From Diadema antillarum (lineage: Eukaryota): a stretch of 64,000 bases of DNA. The DNA lies in contig NW_027271899.1 in assembly GCF_040938485.1 (NCBI RefSeq), positions 620,001 through 684,000 of the forward strand, read 5' to 3'. Numbering within the stretch: the stretch's first letter is position 1; each line of letters starts with the position of its first letter. The position numbers and the translations under genes are program-made. Below the pieces are notes generated by a model. That model worked only from the letters and a program-made list of their open reading frames with translations, was not told the origin of the DNA and ran no database searches. Below are positions 61,865 through 64,000 of the stretch, piece after piece.

Positions 61865-62090
61865 TGTCTTGGCATTTATATGCCTTTAATTGGGAAGGAG
61901 GATTCTTAGTAATGAGGAGACATTGTAGAGTTGATGTGAACTGTGTGAGTGCCTTTATTCAACTGGTTCTTCCAGTGTGTCCTTTGCACATGGGGCATAT
62001 CATGTTACATCCAGCTTCAGCTGGCAGGTTAGTCTTTGCTCAAGACTTATCATCGCAAAGACTTCTCAAACATATATGTATATCAACACA
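61865..62090 (-). repeat. 5' LTR (226 bp)
   Basis: Direct repeat of 58861-59086, followed on the minus strand by a TGG-initiated PBS. Confidence 0.96.
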
Positions 62091-62330
62091 CAAACAAACT
62101 TTTTAAAAAGAGTATTGAATAGCTTGTTGCTTTGAACAGTTGATTTGGAATAATGGTTATGAACGAGTCAAAAGAAGTGTTATAGTGTAATCATATTCAT
62201 GAAAAAGGTGGTCTGAAAATGATTGACCCATTTCCTACTCAAAAGCCCATGGTGTTGGTTAAACACTTTTTTTTTCAATGAATGTTATTCTTGAACAAGT
62301 GCTGATTTTTTTTTAATGAAGATCATTTGG
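62091..62330 (+). pseudogene. Decayed L1/Tx1-type LINE ORF2 fragment, right part
   Basis: Continues the left part: LIWNNGYERVKRSV..(frameshift)..HEKGGLKMID, matching the FIW..R..GGL motif of L1/Tx1 ORF2. The right boundary is approximate. Confidence 0.7.
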
Positions 62331-64000
62331 CTTTATGGAAATCAGAAGCACCTCAATGTGTGTTGAACAAACTGAAAAATTGTCACCAGTTGATTGAAAC
62401 ACTTTCAAAGTTTGGTATGAATACACGTAGGCCTATCATGCTGTGTTAAAGGATATGAAATCTGAAAATTATCATTTGAAAGAATATATATATCTACTGG
62501 AACTAAAAAAAAGTAACTAGTAGGTTAAAACACAGACCATTCTTTCATTATCTACTCTATTGGCAAGATTTTTTTTTTAATTTCTCAGTTTTATAGAGAT
62601 GTGAATAGACCTAATGTGAAGACATTTGGAGATACAGTTGTAACACCCCTAAAAGGGTATAGGGGCTAGAATGATGAAAGAATGAGGAGAAACAAGTCGT
62701 TGGTTGTGGTAGCAGCATCTATGCATGGAATGGCACATTTATTGCTCTCATAAAAAGTCACAATCAGACAATTAAGTATTGACAAACACTGCAGAGCAAT
62801 CAATGTGTAACAAAACAATAATAATCAGTTCTCAGTTTAACACATAAATTCACACGAGCTCGATGTAACTGTATCCAAATCTGTCATAAACAGTGTTTCC
62901 ACTTAATACATGAGCTTACTGATACTCGTAATCAATAATCAGTATAATATCTGAATGTCAACAACTGTAATTCTAACAAACTATTATCTGATTTCATTCT
63001 CCTTCCCTTTTCATCAATGATATATATTCATAACATATTCTAATATCTTCTTTATACAAATAACTAGTGATTCCCGCCTGTGCTGAATTCTCATTACAAT
63101 ACAAGTCTCACATCTGTTCAAATCTTTCTTCCGAATAATGTCAATTCTTATCAGTTTGAAGTGTATGAACCCATCTGGCCTTTTCCTTACATGAGTGAGA
63201 TAATTCTAAATATTAATTGTAGAGTTTGCCTAATCAAACAGTCTTCTCATATAATAATTCCCAATAACATTAACCCTTTAGTATGAGTCTTCATACTAAA
63301 GTATAAAGCTAAACTATGATTCAACAATTATATTTATTCCACAACCATTAACAAATATTTCTCCTAACTACTTCATCTAACGTTTTTCCCATAAAGGGAA
63401 CATTGGGAATAACTAACTTTTCTGCTTGATACTCTTTCTTCAGATAAATTTCTACAACTCACTCACTAACAGAGTCAGCAAACATAAACTGAGGGAGGAA
63501 GTCTATAAACTCCTTTCTTAACAAAGAGCACCATGGCCCTTGCCTTCATGTATACATTAAACTTCCCTTATCCTCCTACCTGTAAGTTTGCTCTTTGTGA
63601 GCTGGAGGGACAACATCTCGCTGGAGACTGTACTAACATACAGCATTTCCTGTCCCCTTGATAGTCTATAACACAGACCACACAGCTATATATATATATA
63701 CACTCTAGTCTTTCTTTCTATCAATGTATCCCTACTAACAAAACTTACTCCTATATGCTTCTGTGAATTAACATCAATAACATACACTTGTATCTACATA
63801 ACGTGCCTGAAGATCCTTACAGATAAAGACACAAATTACATACAAATTACATACAGGCATAGTAGTTAAATATTTCCTCACTTGTAGCGGGTCTGAATAA
63901 TTCAGACTAGCTACACAGGTTGGCAGTCCCATCCACTGACCATAAAACTCTTAATCCTTGCCTAGTCAGTGACTGCATCCATTCAGCCTCTCTCACAGAA

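Larger units (their letters stand above)
58861..62090 (-). mobile_element. Internally deleted Ty3/Gypsy LTR retrotransposon, Mag/SURL-like
   Basis: Two 226-bp TG..CA LTRs, 5-bp TSD CAAAC (58856-60 and 62091-95), PBS, PPT and an RT C-terminus-RNase H-integrase ORF. gag, protease and most of RT are absent. Confidence 0.96.

Overview
AT-rich eukaryotic genomic DNA with spliceosomal introns and many transposons. The repeat content suggests a marine invertebrate, probably an echinoderm such as a sea urchin (inference). One host gene spans almost the whole window on the minus strand: PWP2/UTP1, the WD40 SSU-processome protein. I traced 17 phase-compatible GT-AG coding exons from the ATG at 58210 down to 6308 (2534 nt, about 845 codons). 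The terminal exon and a normally conserved ~21-aa segment (EFLxxxxMTExG) were not found. Upstream of the gene is a 3.2-kb internally deleted Mag/SURL-like Gypsy element with apparently identical 226-bp LTRs and a 5-bp TSD, inserted into a decayed L1/Tx1 LINE. The introns contain a 5'-truncated L2/Crack-type LINE, three CAGGG-ended DNA elements with 7-bp TSDs (one carries a ~14-unit satellite array), and Helentron/pearl-like elements whose tandem units each carry a perfect RFX X-box or a nuclear-receptor DR1 site. They also contain Kolobok-, piggyBac-, Harbinger- and Tc1-like MITEs. The two largest 3' introns hold non-repetitive islands that may be regulatory. No rRNA, tRNA or CRISPR array was found, and no clearly new protein-coding system is evident. 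The most unusual signals are the transposon-borne TF-site arrays, the 7-bp TSD family and the missing PWP2 segment.
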